DNA from: an uncultured virus (IMG/VR IMGVR_UViG_3300032116_000017)
Taxonomy: Duplodnaviria; Heunggongvirae; Uroviricota; Caudoviricetes
Direction: 5' to 3' (one strand)
IMG/VR virus record: IMGVR_UViG_3300032116_000017
Length of the DNA: 64,000 nucleotides
In this document: in pieces, positions 47,134-56,414 of the stretch
Layout: every line of letters begins with the position of its first letter
Position numbering within the stretch: the stretch's first letter is position 1
Program-made: the position numbers and the translations under genes
Notes under the pieces: model-generated
Seen by the model: only the letters and a program-made list of their open reading frames with translations
Told to the model about the DNA's origin: nothing
Databases searched by the model: none

Positions 47134-48692
47134 TTATTGATAGTTATCGTTTTTGTAATATCTCCTACTTTTACAAAGTAGATTCCACTTGATAAATTTG
47201 ATAAATTAATATAAGAGTCATTAGTAGAGATTAAATTCTTACCTAAATTATCTGATATCGAGACTATAACATTTCTGTCTGACTTGATATTTATGTAATC
47301 AGTAGCAGGATTTGGATAAACAACTACATCTGAATTAGAAATTTCAGAAACAGTCAAAAATCCACCTTGAAATTTAGGGTTGGTGAAGTCAGCTCCTGTT
47401 GATACTGTAGAATTATTATTTAGTCTGAAATCTGGATTATTTGAAAAAGCATCAACCCAAGAAATTTGATCTATTGATTTAGTAGTATCATTTGAATTCT
47501 GATTAAAAAATGTTGAATAAAATTGTGTAGTAGCTGTTACTAAATTAAATCCGGTTGTGAATTCAACTAAATCATTATTTGCGAAAACTAAATTTCCATT
47601 TGATATATTTGTTTCAACTGGTAATCCTTCAATTGATAGCCCCTTTTCCCAACCAGTAACTAAAGAGTTAAATATTGAAATTGAAGAGTTTCTTCTTATT
47701 CTGAAAGATTTCTCAAATTTCTCACCAACTGGAAGTTGAATACTACCATCACCTTTTGGTCCTATGATTGTGAAGTTTGAAAATATAGCCGATGTTTGTG
47801 GTGTATTTGATGAACCTTGAGCATCATTGTCTGATTCAAAACAATTTGAATCACCCGCAGCATCTGATAAATATTGAGTTCTTATTGATAATCCAAATTG
47901 AACTTTTCCTCTATATCCAAAATCAGTATCGAAATCATCATCAGTTCCTTTAAAAGCAATCAAGTGTCTGCAATTAACAGTTCCGCCAAACCATTCAAAT
48001 GAATCATCTCCTGAAAAAGAAACTTGAACGAAATCAACTTCTGTTTCACTACCTACGGATCCAAAAGTCAAACCATTTATTTCTTTGTTAGGCTCTAGTG
48101 CAATTCCTGCAAATTCTATTCTAACATATTTTAATATTCCCGAATTGTCTAAGTCATTACTTCCACCATACTCGGTATTGGAAGTTGGTGAAATTCCTTC
48201 AATATTTGCAACTCCACCAGGTTGGTTATTAGTTGCTTGTCCTAAGATCACCAGACCACCCCAATCACCTTCAGCTCTTAGACCGACATTTTGTGAAGAA
48301 GTGAAAACTATTGGATTTGTTGATGTGCCTTCTGCTATTATTTTTGAGCCTTTTGTTATAATCAAACTACCTTGAGTGGAACCATCTCCTCTGATTATAG
48401 TTCCTGGTAGAATTGTTAATACTGCTCCATTTTTAACATAAACTTTATTTTCTAATAGAACTACTCCAGAGATGGTTGTATTTGTAGTAATATCGTTATT
48501 TAAGGTTGAAGTAATTTGAGGATAATAGGTATTTTCAGGATCGAAATTTGACCAACCATCTGTCCAGTCTGTCTGAGATGTTCCATCTGTCACCGGAAAT
48601 GCTCCTTTATAGCTTGTTGATGTCCAAAATGCTTGCTGACTTAATAACAAATTAGAAATGCAAATTGTAATTAATGTAATTAATTTTTTCAT
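47130..48692 (-). CDS. Secreted beta-helix-like protein with T9SS type A CTD, TonB-receptor partner
   Basis: Signal peptide; GDWGGLVILG, DNSG.LKYVRIEFAG, EINGLT, DD.FE.FGG; VYPNPA...GIYFV CTD. Confidence 0.82.
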   Translation of the reverse strand: MKKLITLITICISNLLLSQQAFWTSTSYKGAFPVTDGTSQTDWTDGWSNFDPENTYYPQITSTLNNDITTNTTISGVVLLENKVYVKNGAVLTILPGTIIRGDGSTQGSLIITKGSKIIAEGTSTNPIVFTSSQNVGLRAEGDWGGLVILGQATNNQPGGVANIEGISPTSNTEYGGSNDLDNSGILKYVRIEFAGIALEPNKEINGLTFGSVGSETEVDFVQVSFSGDDSFEWFGGTVNCRHLIAFKGTDDDFDTDFGYRGKVQFGLSIRTQYLSDAAGDSNCFESDNDAQGSSNTPQTSAIFSNFTIIGPKGDGSIQLPVGEKFEKSFRIRRNSSISIFNSLVTGWEKGLSIEGLPVETNISNGNLVFANNDLVEFTTGFNLVTATTQFYSTFFNQNSNDTTKSIDQISWVDAFSNNPDFRLNNNSTVSTGADFTNPKFQGGFLTVSEISNSDVVVYPNPATDYINIKSDRNVIVSISDNLGKNLISTNDSYINLSNLSSGIYFVKVGDITKTITINK

Positions 48693-48856
48693 AATTTTTT
48701 TTTGTTTTTTATTTTTATATATGTGATTTGTCTAAATCAATAAAAAACACAAAAATCATCTAAACTATTGCTGGGTAATAGTTTCAAACGATTTTTACTT
48801 TTGTTAAGAAATCGTTAAGAAAAGGTTATAAAATCAGCACATCTAATATATAACCT

Positions 48857-49201
48857 ATGAAACTTGACATAAATGAAGTATATCATAACTATATTGTTAG
48901 AGTGGTAATTTTTTCACTCTTCACTTATAAGAGATTAGTTAGGCAGCCAAATGTATATAAACAATCTGTTCTTTCGTTTGTGACTAAAAGAGTTGCATGG
49001 AAAATACATCTTGTTATAGATACTGGTCTTCAAATGTCAAAAGATGAAGAAAGAGATATAGTATTAAATGAGTTACTCGAAGGAATTGAATCTGATTATC
49101 TAACAACAGTAACTGTTACTTTTACAACACCACTTAAAGAAATAACAATAGAGGTTGATTTAAAAGATGAAGATAAATACCAAAACTTTCTGTACTTATA
49201 A
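48857..49201 (+). CDS. Hypothetical protein
   Basis: TAATATATA 4 nt upstream; internal ERDIVLNELL. Confidence 0.65.
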   Translation: MKLDINEVYHNYIVRVVIFSLFTYKRLVRQPNVYKQSVLSFVTKRVAWKIHLVIDTGLQMSKDEERDIVLNELLEGIESDYLTTVTVTFTTPLKEITIEVDLKDEDKYQNFLYL

Positions 49202-49216
49202 TTTAATATATAAAGT

Positions 49217-49888
49217 ATGAAATATTTAAGTAATTGGAAACAAATAAATGAAGCTGATAATCAACTAACTGAAGAAACACCAAGTAGATCTGGTAGAGTA
49301 TTAACTCAAGCTCAGCGAGAGTGGAATGATGATTCTTCTATAGAAAGAGGTGATAATTTACCTTCAGTTCTCTTTACTGATGTTGAGGGATCTTCTGAAA
49401 AATGGTCAAGTGATGCTGTAACAATGATGGAGCAATTGAAAGGACATCATGAGTTAGTTAATAGAATTTCTAAAAAGTATAACGGATGGATTGTTAAAAC
49501 AATAGGAGATGCTTTTATGATATATTTTGAACCAAATACTGATTCACTAACAAATGCAATTAAATGTGGTAAAGAGATAATTTTGTCTGAAAAAAACTAT
49601 AATTTAAGAGTTGGGGTTTGCCAGGGTCCGATGCAAGAAGATACTTATGAGTTACAAAAGGTAACTCTAAGAGATTTTTATGGTAACTCTATAAATGTTG
49701 CATCTAGAATGGAGTCTAAAATCGCAGAAGCTGCCGGTTATATTGCTTTTACATCACTTGAGCCAATTAGTAAAAATATTATATCTCAGTATAGTAAAAC
49801 AATTGGTGAGGTTTTAGATGTTGATTTAAGTAAATTTGATCTAAAAGGAGCTAAAACCGAATCTGCTTATAGAATAAAAGTAAAATGA
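49217..49888 (+). CDS. Class III adenylate/guanylate cyclase with N-terminal leader
   Basis: VLFTDVEGSS, VKTIGDAFM, LRVGV, DFYGNSINVASRME; starts MKYLSNWKQINE; TAATATATA 4 nt upstream. Confidence 0.9.
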   Translation: MKYLSNWKQINEADNQLTEETPSRSGRVLTQAQREWNDDSSIERGDNLPSVLFTDVEGSSEKWSSDAVTMMEQLKGHHELVNRISKKYNGWIVKTIGDAFMIYFEPNTDSLTNAIKCGKEIILSEKNYNLRVGVCQGPMQEDTYELQKVTLRDFYGNSINVASRMESKIAEAAGYIAFTSLEPISKNIISQYSKTIGEVLDVDLSKFDLKGAKTESAYRIKVK

Positions 49889-49925
49889 TTTTACTTTATT
49901 AAATTTTTTTTAGTATATTTGTAAT

Positions 49926-50141
49926 ATGTTTATCTGTGTTAGTAATACATCAAATAGAAGTGAATTAGAAATAGGAAAATACTATGACTTATTTAAACAT
50001 GAGCAACACCCAAAAGTTGTTTGGGTAAAAATACCCGATTCATCTAATACTGTTGGTTACAGAACTATTCAATGTTATTTAGCTGACTTTAAAAATAAAG
50101 GTCAATGGAGAAATGATCAGATTGATAAGATTTTAGATTAA
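49926..50141 (+). CDS. Small hypothetical protein with C-terminal tag
   Basis: Ends WRNDQIDKILD; TATATTTG 4 nt upstream. Confidence 0.7.
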   Translation: MFICVSNTSNRSELEIGKYYDLFKHEQHPKVVWVKIPDSSNTVGYRTIQCYLADFKNKGQWRNDQIDKILD

Positions 50142-51472
50142 TCTTCCCAAAAGAAATAGACAAACTTATCTGGCCATCTGTAATCAAAGTGTGCAAAACC
50201 ATATAACTCTGCAACTCTTTCTAATCTATCATCAGTATTTCTTGGAAGTTCTCCGTCATACTCGATTGAGTCAAATTCAACATAAACATTATCATCATGT
50301 TCTGTGACATCTAAAATATGTAAGCCAGTATGATGTTCGAAATTGGACCTGAACTCATTGGTATCAAATTTCTTTTCACCAACTCTTTCGTCTTTCTTTT
50401 TGAATTTAAAATCAATTGTGTGAAATTTAATATCTGTTTGTTCACCTTCACTTGAATAAGGCTCGAATTTCACTAAAGACCAACCTAAATCTGAAAGTCT
50501 AGCAATTACCACTTGCATTTCATCACAAATTCTAACAAAGTCTTCATAGGTCTTAAATTTATCATTTTTAAAGAATCTTATAAAAAACTGAGAAACCAAA
50601 ACACCGCTACTCATTTTTATTTGTGGTTGGAAACTGGTATCACCATCTAAATATTGTTGATAAGTAATACCACCACCATGTGATATAAATTTTATATCAT
50701 ATCCATCATCAATAAAATCTAGCATAGTATCAACTATTTGTGAAGTAACATCTTTGTTATCAACACTTTCTTTAATGACGTATCTGTCATTCTTTCTAAT
50801 TGCTAACTTACCATCAATAAATTTATAAAACTTATATTTCTTATCAATTGATGTTACTAAATAATATGCATCTGGATTAAGTGCTTTATATCTTTGAATA
50901 TTACCTTCTACTTTAACTCCATCAACTTCACCACCCTGTTGTTTAGCATAAGCCCATTGAATATAGTGTGGATCAACGTGACGTGATCTTAAAGCATCTT
51001 GGTCAATAGAGGTTTGTAAAGTAGAAAGTAAATGAATGAATATTATTTTATATTTATTTTGTCTAGCATTATCATAAATCTCTTTTATGTGTTCATATCC
51101 TTTATCTGTGAATTCTTTTCCAGCACCAGTTGTGTCATAGATAAAGTTTTGACCAGTTTCCATAAACTCCATCATTCTTAGAAGATTTAATTCAGAAGCA
51201 TTCTTAGTTCTACCACCTTCTTTTTTTTCTCTACCTCTGTAATAAACATTTGGATCTTTTGTAAAAAGAAGTGAAACATCATCAGTTGAGAAGTCTTTAA
51301 TGTTTCTATTTTTAGTATGAATATGATTTTTAACAAAGTAAGACTTTCCGATACCTGGTGCTCCAATCAAGAAGATAGCTAGTCCTCTACTCATTCCAAT
51401 GATTTCTGGAATCGGCTCGTTTTTAGAAACTTCTTCTAAAATAAATTGGTTATATTCCTTAATAAATTTCAT
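50138..51472 (-). CDS. Leader-tagged P-loop kinase (AAA_33/zeta-like) fused to a second module
   Basis: MKFIKEYNQFILE start; GAPGIGKS, IYDTTG, lid R.R; second module after VIKES. Confidence 0.75.
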   Translation of the reverse strand: MKFIKEYNQFILEEVSKNEPIPEIIGMSRGLAIFLIGAPGIGKSYFVKNHIHTKNRNIKDFSTDDVSLLFTKDPNVYYRGREKKEGGRTKNASELNLLRMMEFMETGQNFIYDTTGAGKEFTDKGYEHIKEIYDNARQNKYKIIFIHLLSTLQTSIDQDALRSRHVDPHYIQWAYAKQQGGEVDGVKVEGNIQRYKALNPDAYYLVTSIDKKYKFYKFIDGKLAIRKNDRYVIKESVDNKDVTSQIVDTMLDFIDDGYDIKFISHGGGITYQQYLDGDTSFQPQIKMSSGVLVSQFFIRFFKNDKFKTYEDFVRICDEMQVVIARLSDLGWSLVKFEPYSSEGEQTDIKFHTIDFKFKKKDERVGEKKFDTNEFRSNFEHHTGLHILDVTEHDDNVYVEFDSIEYDGELPRNTDDRLERVAELYGFAHFDYRWPDKFVYFFWED

Positions 51473-51513
51473 ACTATATTGTATATATTAAAATTGTTTA
51501 TTATATTTGTCGT

Positions 51514-52368
51514 ATGAGAGGATTTAGAATTTACAACAAACAAGAACTATTCAATTCGATTGAAAAAATCACGGTTGAAAAAATTGAAGACCAAGTTATC
51601 ACAAAGTATAACGGTCGTGTCACACAGGTGGCAAATGTCTCAAAAAGATATGAGATATTTGATATTGTTAAATATCTAAAAGATAAGATTGAACTTATTG
51701 AACAAAACTTTACTATTTCTAAATATCAATTGTTGATTAGAAAAGGTCAACAATACCTTCAACTTATTTCTGATAGTGTTGAAATCGGAGGTATTCGTTT
51801 TTACAAATCCTTTTACATACTTAACTCAACTGATAAATCACGTAGGCTTAGTTTCTATGCGGGTCTACACTCTGAAAAATATTATTTCATCGGAGCAAAC
51901 AATGTAGGTATGTCAAGAAAACATCTTACTGGTGTCACTGAAGCTGCTGATGTTGCTTCAACCGCATTGAATGGTGAAACTTTTGATGAACAAATTAAAG
52001 CTCTTCAAAACTTAGTCGGTCACCGTATTCAACTCTCTAAAATACGTGAGGTTATCTTAGGTGATAAAGAGGAAATTCCACAAATCAATCATCGTAAATT
52101 TGATGCGTTTAAGAACTCTATTCGTTACGCTGATAGTGATGGTCTTATCAGACTTACCAGAGAACAACGTTCTCAATTATATACTGACTCTGAAAGAATG
52201 ACAGAAGTTAAAGAAGATTTTTACTTAGATGCTTTCTGGGTTTTCGGAACTTATATGAGATTGTTTAACAAACAAGACTCACATATCATTAAAAATGAAA
52301 CAGACCGTATTATGAAGATTACTCAATGGGCTGTTAGAAACTCAGTGTTGGAGGCACTTGGTATCTAA
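51514..52368 (+). CDS. Hypothetical protein (possibly DUF932-like) with C-terminal tag
   Basis: VSKRY, LNSTDKS; ends VRNSVLEALGI; TATATTTG 4 nt upstream. Confidence 0.65.
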   Translation: MRGFRIYNKQELFNSIEKITVEKIEDQVITKYNGRVTQVANVSKRYEIFDIVKYLKDKIELIEQNFTISKYQLLIRKGQQYLQLISDSVEIGGIRFYKSFYILNSTDKSRRLSFYAGLHSEKYYFIGANNVGMSRKHLTGVTEAADVASTALNGETFDEQIKALQNLVGHRIQLSKIREVILGDKEEIPQINHRKFDAFKNSIRYADSDGLIRLTREQRSQLYTDSERMTEVKEDFYLDAFWVFGTYMRLFNKQDSHIIKNETDRIMKITQWAVRNSVLEALGI

Positions 52369-52502
52369 TGAAAAAAATTGGATGCACAGACTATGATAGT
52401 ATGGGAAACCACGGAAGGTTTCCTAAAAGAAAAGAGATTGAGCCAAGTCTTATGACTAAATTTATAAATTCAATTAAAAGATTTTATGCTAAGAGAAGAT
52501 AA
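52368..52502 (+). CDS. Small hypothetical protein
   Basis: Manual translation MKKIGCTDYDSMGNHGRFPKRKE...YAKRR; TAATG overlap with upstream stop. Confidence 0.5.
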   Translation: MKKIGCTDYDSMGNHGRFPKRKEIEPSLMTKFINSIKRFYAKRR

Positions 52503-52968
52503 CACCGGATTTGTAAATTTTCCTATATCAGGAAAAGTAATTGATAGAATTGAAGGTCTTAAAACCTTTATCTATTTGGTCGCGTTTGAAACATTAGACC
52601 TAACTAATGTTCCTTATATACTTTCTAATTGCAGATTGAATTTACAAGGAACTCTTGTATCTGATGATGTTACCTTTAGAAAACGATTTACACACAATAC
52701 ACTCGACGAAATTATCGAGTCACAATTGGATAGTAACGAGTTTGAAAGTCGTTATTTTCCAAACGTAGATGGAGAAACTCAAGTTTCTATTCCACTAACT
52801 ACTTCAATTTGTTTGGGTTGGTCTGAACATACTTATCAATTCAAAGATGGAAATGATTGGGTTTGTACTTTCAGAGATCTAACTAATGAAGGACAGAAGT
52901 TATACTATTCAATAAAAAAGCTTCACAATAATAAAGAAGTAAGAATTTTTACTTTTAACAATATTTAA
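52486..52968 (+). CDS. Hypothetical protein
   Basis: Packed ORF. Confidence 0.7.
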   Translation: MLREDNTGFVNFPISGKVIDRIEGLKTFIYLVAFETLDLTNVPYILSNCRLNLQGTLVSDDVTFRKRFTHNTLDEIIESQLDSNEFESRYFPNVDGETQVSIPLTTSICLGWSEHTYQFKDGNDWVCTFRDLTNEGQKLYYSIKKLHNNKEVRIFTFNNI

Positions 52969-53014
52969 TATTGTATTTTTCATTTTAATCATTATATTTG
53001 TAGAAAATAATTTT

Positions 53015-54337
53015 ATGGCATACGAAAGAAAAACTTACGACCTCTTTATCTCTGACGAACTAAAAGAAGTTTTAGAACAAATTAAATCAGAATCAGTTGT
53101 TGCTGATTTGCTTCTTAAACGCAGACATTCCAAAGAGGACTTGGTTGATGATCCAATAAATTTCGTATCCATTTCATCACAAGATTCAACTCGAATTTCT
53201 TACCTTACAACTGAGCGTATAGGTATGATAAACGAGGGTGAATTTTGGACATCCTCTCGTAGATTTCACATGAAACCAGGTGGTTTTATTTCTAAAGTTT
53301 TTAAGAATATTTCTGCAAAAGATGTTGAGGTTTTTTCAAATCTTTACCGTTCAGAGGTTCGAAAACCTAAATTTGAATTTAAAATTGTAAATGGTGAAGA
53401 TATCAGAAGATATTACCATTATGATTACCACGCAAATGACTATGGAAGTCTTGGTGTTTCTTGTATGAGATATGAATCTTGTCAAAAACTATTCAATATG
53501 TATGTCGAAAACTCTGATAAAATTTCTTTGTTACTTATGTTAAACGAAGATGGTCGAGTTATGGGTCGAACTCTTCTTTGGAACTTCGATGGGAATAGAA
53601 TTATGGATAGGATTTATTCTGTCAATGACGAACAACTACCTTTTTATTTTAAGAAGTGGGCAACTGAAAACGGTTACTACTATAAATCACAACAAAATTG
53701 GTATAACTCAATTCAATTTGAAAGACTAGGAGAGGGTAAAAAATTATTAAAGTTAGACGTTAAGTTAGATAGTTTTGATTTTAGATACTATCCTTATATG
53801 GACACTTTTAAGTTCTTCAATCCCGATACAGGAACATTCTCTAATTACCGACCAGAAGGTAGAGATCATTATACACTTTGTTCATCTGATGGAAGCAAAT
53901 ATGATTGGAACTATCTTGAGTACGATGATTTTGATAAAGTTTATCGTCATAGAGGAGAGACCGTAAGACTTAATTATCTTAATATGAATGCTCACCCTGA
54001 TAGATGTAACTATTCTGAAATACATGACCAATACTTGTTAAGTGATCATTCTCAATGGAGAGACGATTTAAGAGATTATGTTTTTAGTGGTGAATATTCA
54101 AACTTGAATGATGTGAATAGAATCGAACAAAGAATTAAAGATAATGAGGAATATGAAAAAGAGAGAGAATCTCGTAGAAGTAGAAGGGGATATTCTATTT
54201 CACAGAGAATATTAGAATCACTTTCTAATCCTCAAAGTGAGATTGATATGTCAAGTCTTTATCAACAATATGTAACCTCAGGATCAGCATTCGACCAAAT
54301 TAATATATCAACACAAACAGAATCTACAGAAGAATAA
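53015..54337 (+). CDS. Conserved-type phage hypothetical protein
   Basis: SCMR...GRTLLW...MDRIY...YPYMDTF motif; TATATTTG at 52993-53000. Confidence 0.7.
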   Translation: MAYERKTYDLFISDELKEVLEQIKSESVVADLLLKRRHSKEDLVDDPINFVSISSQDSTRISYLTTERIGMINEGEFWTSSRRFHMKPGGFISKVFKNISAKDVEVFSNLYRSEVRKPKFEFKIVNGEDIRRYYHYDYHANDYGSLGVSCMRYESCQKLFNMYVENSDKISLLLMLNEDGRVMGRTLLWNFDGNRIMDRIYSVNDEQLPFYFKKWATENGYYYKSQQNWYNSIQFERLGEGKKLLKLDVKLDSFDFRYYPYMDTFKFFNPDTGTFSNYRPEGRDHYTLCSSDGSKYDWNYLEYDDFDKVYRHRGETVRLNYLNMNAHPDRCNYSEIHDQYLLSDHSQWRDDLRDYVFSGEYSNLNDVNRIEQRIKDNEEYEKERESRRSRRGYSISQRILESLSNPQSEIDMSSLYQQYVTSGSAFDQINISTQTESTEE

Positions 54338-54365
54338 AAAAAAGAGATCTAATGGTCTCTTTTTT
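54338..54365. terminator. Bidirectional terminator
   Basis: AAAAAGAGA..TCTCTTTTT inverted repeat between convergent genes. Confidence 0.6.
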
Positions 54366-54888
54366 CTTTTTTATACTTATCTAATAACTCTCTAACATTT
54401 GTATAGTCATAATAATCAATATAATTATCTATTGTTTTTATAAAGTTCCAATCTTTTCTTTCAGTAGTTGTTAGTATATTAAAATAGTAATCAAAATAAT
54501 TGAATATTTTTTTTTCTGACACTAAACCATTTTTACAATGAATATTGAAGTAAGCCAGTTTATCAAAAAAGTTATCAAAAAGGTCTCTTATATGTGCTTC
54601 CTCAATTGAAAATCTTGACTTTTGATTATGTGTTTTCAAAGCTTCTATCATATAATCATCATTTACTTTAACTTCCTGTCCATTAATCATAATTTTTCTG
54701 ACATTCCAATCAAGTAGTGTTAAAACAACTTTTACTCTTTCATCTGAAAAAAACTCTTTAATCTCTTTAGATAAAAACTCAGATTCTTTCCAAAGTTGTG
54801 TTTTTCTATATTCAATGATGGCTTTTATAAATGAAAATATTCCAAGCAAAGGAATAATATCAATTATGATGTTATATATTGTCTCCAT
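54349..54888 (-). CDS. Membrane-anchored hypothetical protein
   Basis: N-terminal TM helix; likely ATG start at 54888. Confidence 0.65.
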   Translation of the reverse strand: METIYNIIIDIIPLLGIFSFIKAIIEYRKTQLWKESEFLSKEIKEFFSDERVKVVLTLLDWNVRKIMINGQEVKVNDDYMIEALKTHNQKSRFSIEEAHIRDLFDNFFDKLAYFNIHCKNGLVSEKKIFNYFDYYFNILTTTERKDWNFIKTIDNYIDYYDYTNVRELLDKYKKEKRDH

Positions 54889-54920
54889 AAACAAACACTT
54901 TTTTCTATATATAAATTATT

Positions 54921-55655
54921 ATGAAAGATTTAATCTTATCTCAATTAGAATGTTTTAACGATACTGACTTTAAATTCGATCCAAAGTATCACAAATACAC
55001 TTATCACGGAGAACAATTTATTTCCGTAACAAAGTATATTCAGAATTTTCACAAACCATTTGAAACTGATTTTTGGTCTAAAAAGAAGGCAGAACAAAGA
55101 GGAGTCGATCAAGAAGTTATTCTAAAAGAATGGAAACAACTCAACGATTATGCAAATGATGTTGGAACAGATACACATCAATGGATAGAAGATTACTTTA
55201 ATGAAATTTGGAAACCACTTCCATCTAATTTAGATTTAATACATCGTATAAATAAATTCAATAAGATATTCGCTAAACATCTTCACAAGTTAGAACCACT
55301 TAAATTTGAGGTAAGAGTATTTTCTAAAAAATGGAAAATTGCAGGAATGATAGATTCTCTTTTTCTTTATAAAGGAAAAATCTATATTTTAGATTGGAAA
55401 ACAAATAAACAATTCACAAACGATGATCATCAAAAAGGTCAATATGAAAAACTATTAGAACCATTTGATGATTTCTGGAAAAACCATCATAACGAATATT
55501 CAATACAGTTATCTCTTTATGCTCTTATTTTAGAAGAGTGGGGATTTGAAGTAGGAGGAGCTTATCTCGTTCATATAGGACCAGGTGACGAAGAAGCTGA
55601 ATTATACAAGGTTGTTGATATGAGAGATAAGTTAAAAATAGCTCTTGAAAAATGA
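54921..55655 (+). CDS. PD-(D/E)xK exonuclease-like protein
   Basis: SVT, GT.TH, E.RV, AGMIDSL, ILDWKT, Y.IQL.LY. Confidence 0.85.
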   Translation: MKDLILSQLECFNDTDFKFDPKYHKYTYHGEQFISVTKYIQNFHKPFETDFWSKKKAEQRGVDQEVILKEWKQLNDYANDVGTDTHQWIEDYFNEIWKPLPSNLDLIHRINKFNKIFAKHLHKLEPLKFEVRVFSKKWKIAGMIDSLFLYKGKIYILDWKTNKQFTNDDHQKGQYEKLLEPFDDFWKNHHNEYSIQLSLYALILEEWGFEVGGAYLVHIGPGDEEAELYKVVDMRDKLKIALEK

Positions 55656-55885
55656 AATCAATTTTAGGATTTTTTAGATTTTTAGGAAATATTGCTCTGA
55701 TTTATCTGGCTTTTTACTTTCTTTTTTGGTACATAAAAATGCACTTCAATCGTAAATGGTTTTGGGCTTTTTGGTTAAACACTAGTTTATCAATAGTCAT
55801 GTTTATAAATCATAATAAACCAGATCGTGAAAGGGAAAAGATTGAAAGAATGACAGGTGCTGAATACTGGAAGATGACACATTAA
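55652..55885 (+). CDS. Small membrane protein
   Basis: Two aromatic/hydrophobic segments. Confidence 0.6.
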   Translation: MKSILGFFRFLGNIALIYLAFYFLFWYIKMHFNRKWFWAFWLNTSLSIVMFINHNKPDREREKIERMTGAEYWKMTH

Positions 55886-55887
55886 AC

Positions 55888-55917
55888 AAAAAAAGAGAGT
55901 ATTTAACTCTCTTTTTT
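55888..55917. terminator. Bidirectional terminator
   Basis: AAAAAGAGAGT-ATTTA-ACTCTCTTTTT. Confidence 0.65.
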
Positions 55918-56379
55918 CTCTGACTTTTCAACATATTCCGAAAAAATATTCATTTCTTTAAATACCTCTAAAATTTGTGATGTTATTTCAAATTTCTCAG
56001 CAGCATAGACTGTTTCAATTTTACTAATAACAGCATCTATGGAGTTTTTGATTGAATATTCTGAAACTATTTTTTCTATATCTTCATAAACCTCTTCTTT
56101 TAATTTTTGACCCATCTTTGATAGTTTATATTTTGCATCTTTATCAATTTCAACCATTTGACTTTGTAGCCTCTGAAATTTTTCCATTCTTTGTTCTTGA
56201 GTAAGGTTGTCAACAATAATACCACCCTGAGATGCAGCAATGATATTTTGCATTTCTCTTCTCATTGGTTCAATACTTTCAAGTATTTGTGCCTTTTCTT
56301 TGTCAATCTCAGCAACTCCTTTTTGATACTTATCAAAGTGTCTTGTTAGTAATTCAAAATCTACGACTCTAATTTCCAT
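55903..56379 (-). CDS. OmpH/Skp-like chaperone lacking signal peptide
   Basis: IRVVDF...long coiled coil...IDAVI...VYA..KFEIT..IL pattern. Confidence 0.65.
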   Translation of the reverse strand: MEIRVVDFELLTRHFDKYQKGVAEIDKEKAQILESIEPMRREMQNIIAASQGGIIVDNLTQEQRMEKFQRLQSQMVEIDKDAKYKLSKMGQKLKEEVYEDIEKIVSEYSIKNSIDAVISKIETVYAAEKFEITSQILEVFKEMNIFSEYVEKSEKKES

Positions 56380-56414
56380 AATTATAATATTTTTCTATTA
56401 TATATGAAATATCA

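Noticed and set aside
54921..55655. Cas4 as part of a CRISPR system
   Set aside because: No Fe-S cysteine cluster, and no array or other cas genes; treated as a generic PD-(D/E)xK exonuclease.
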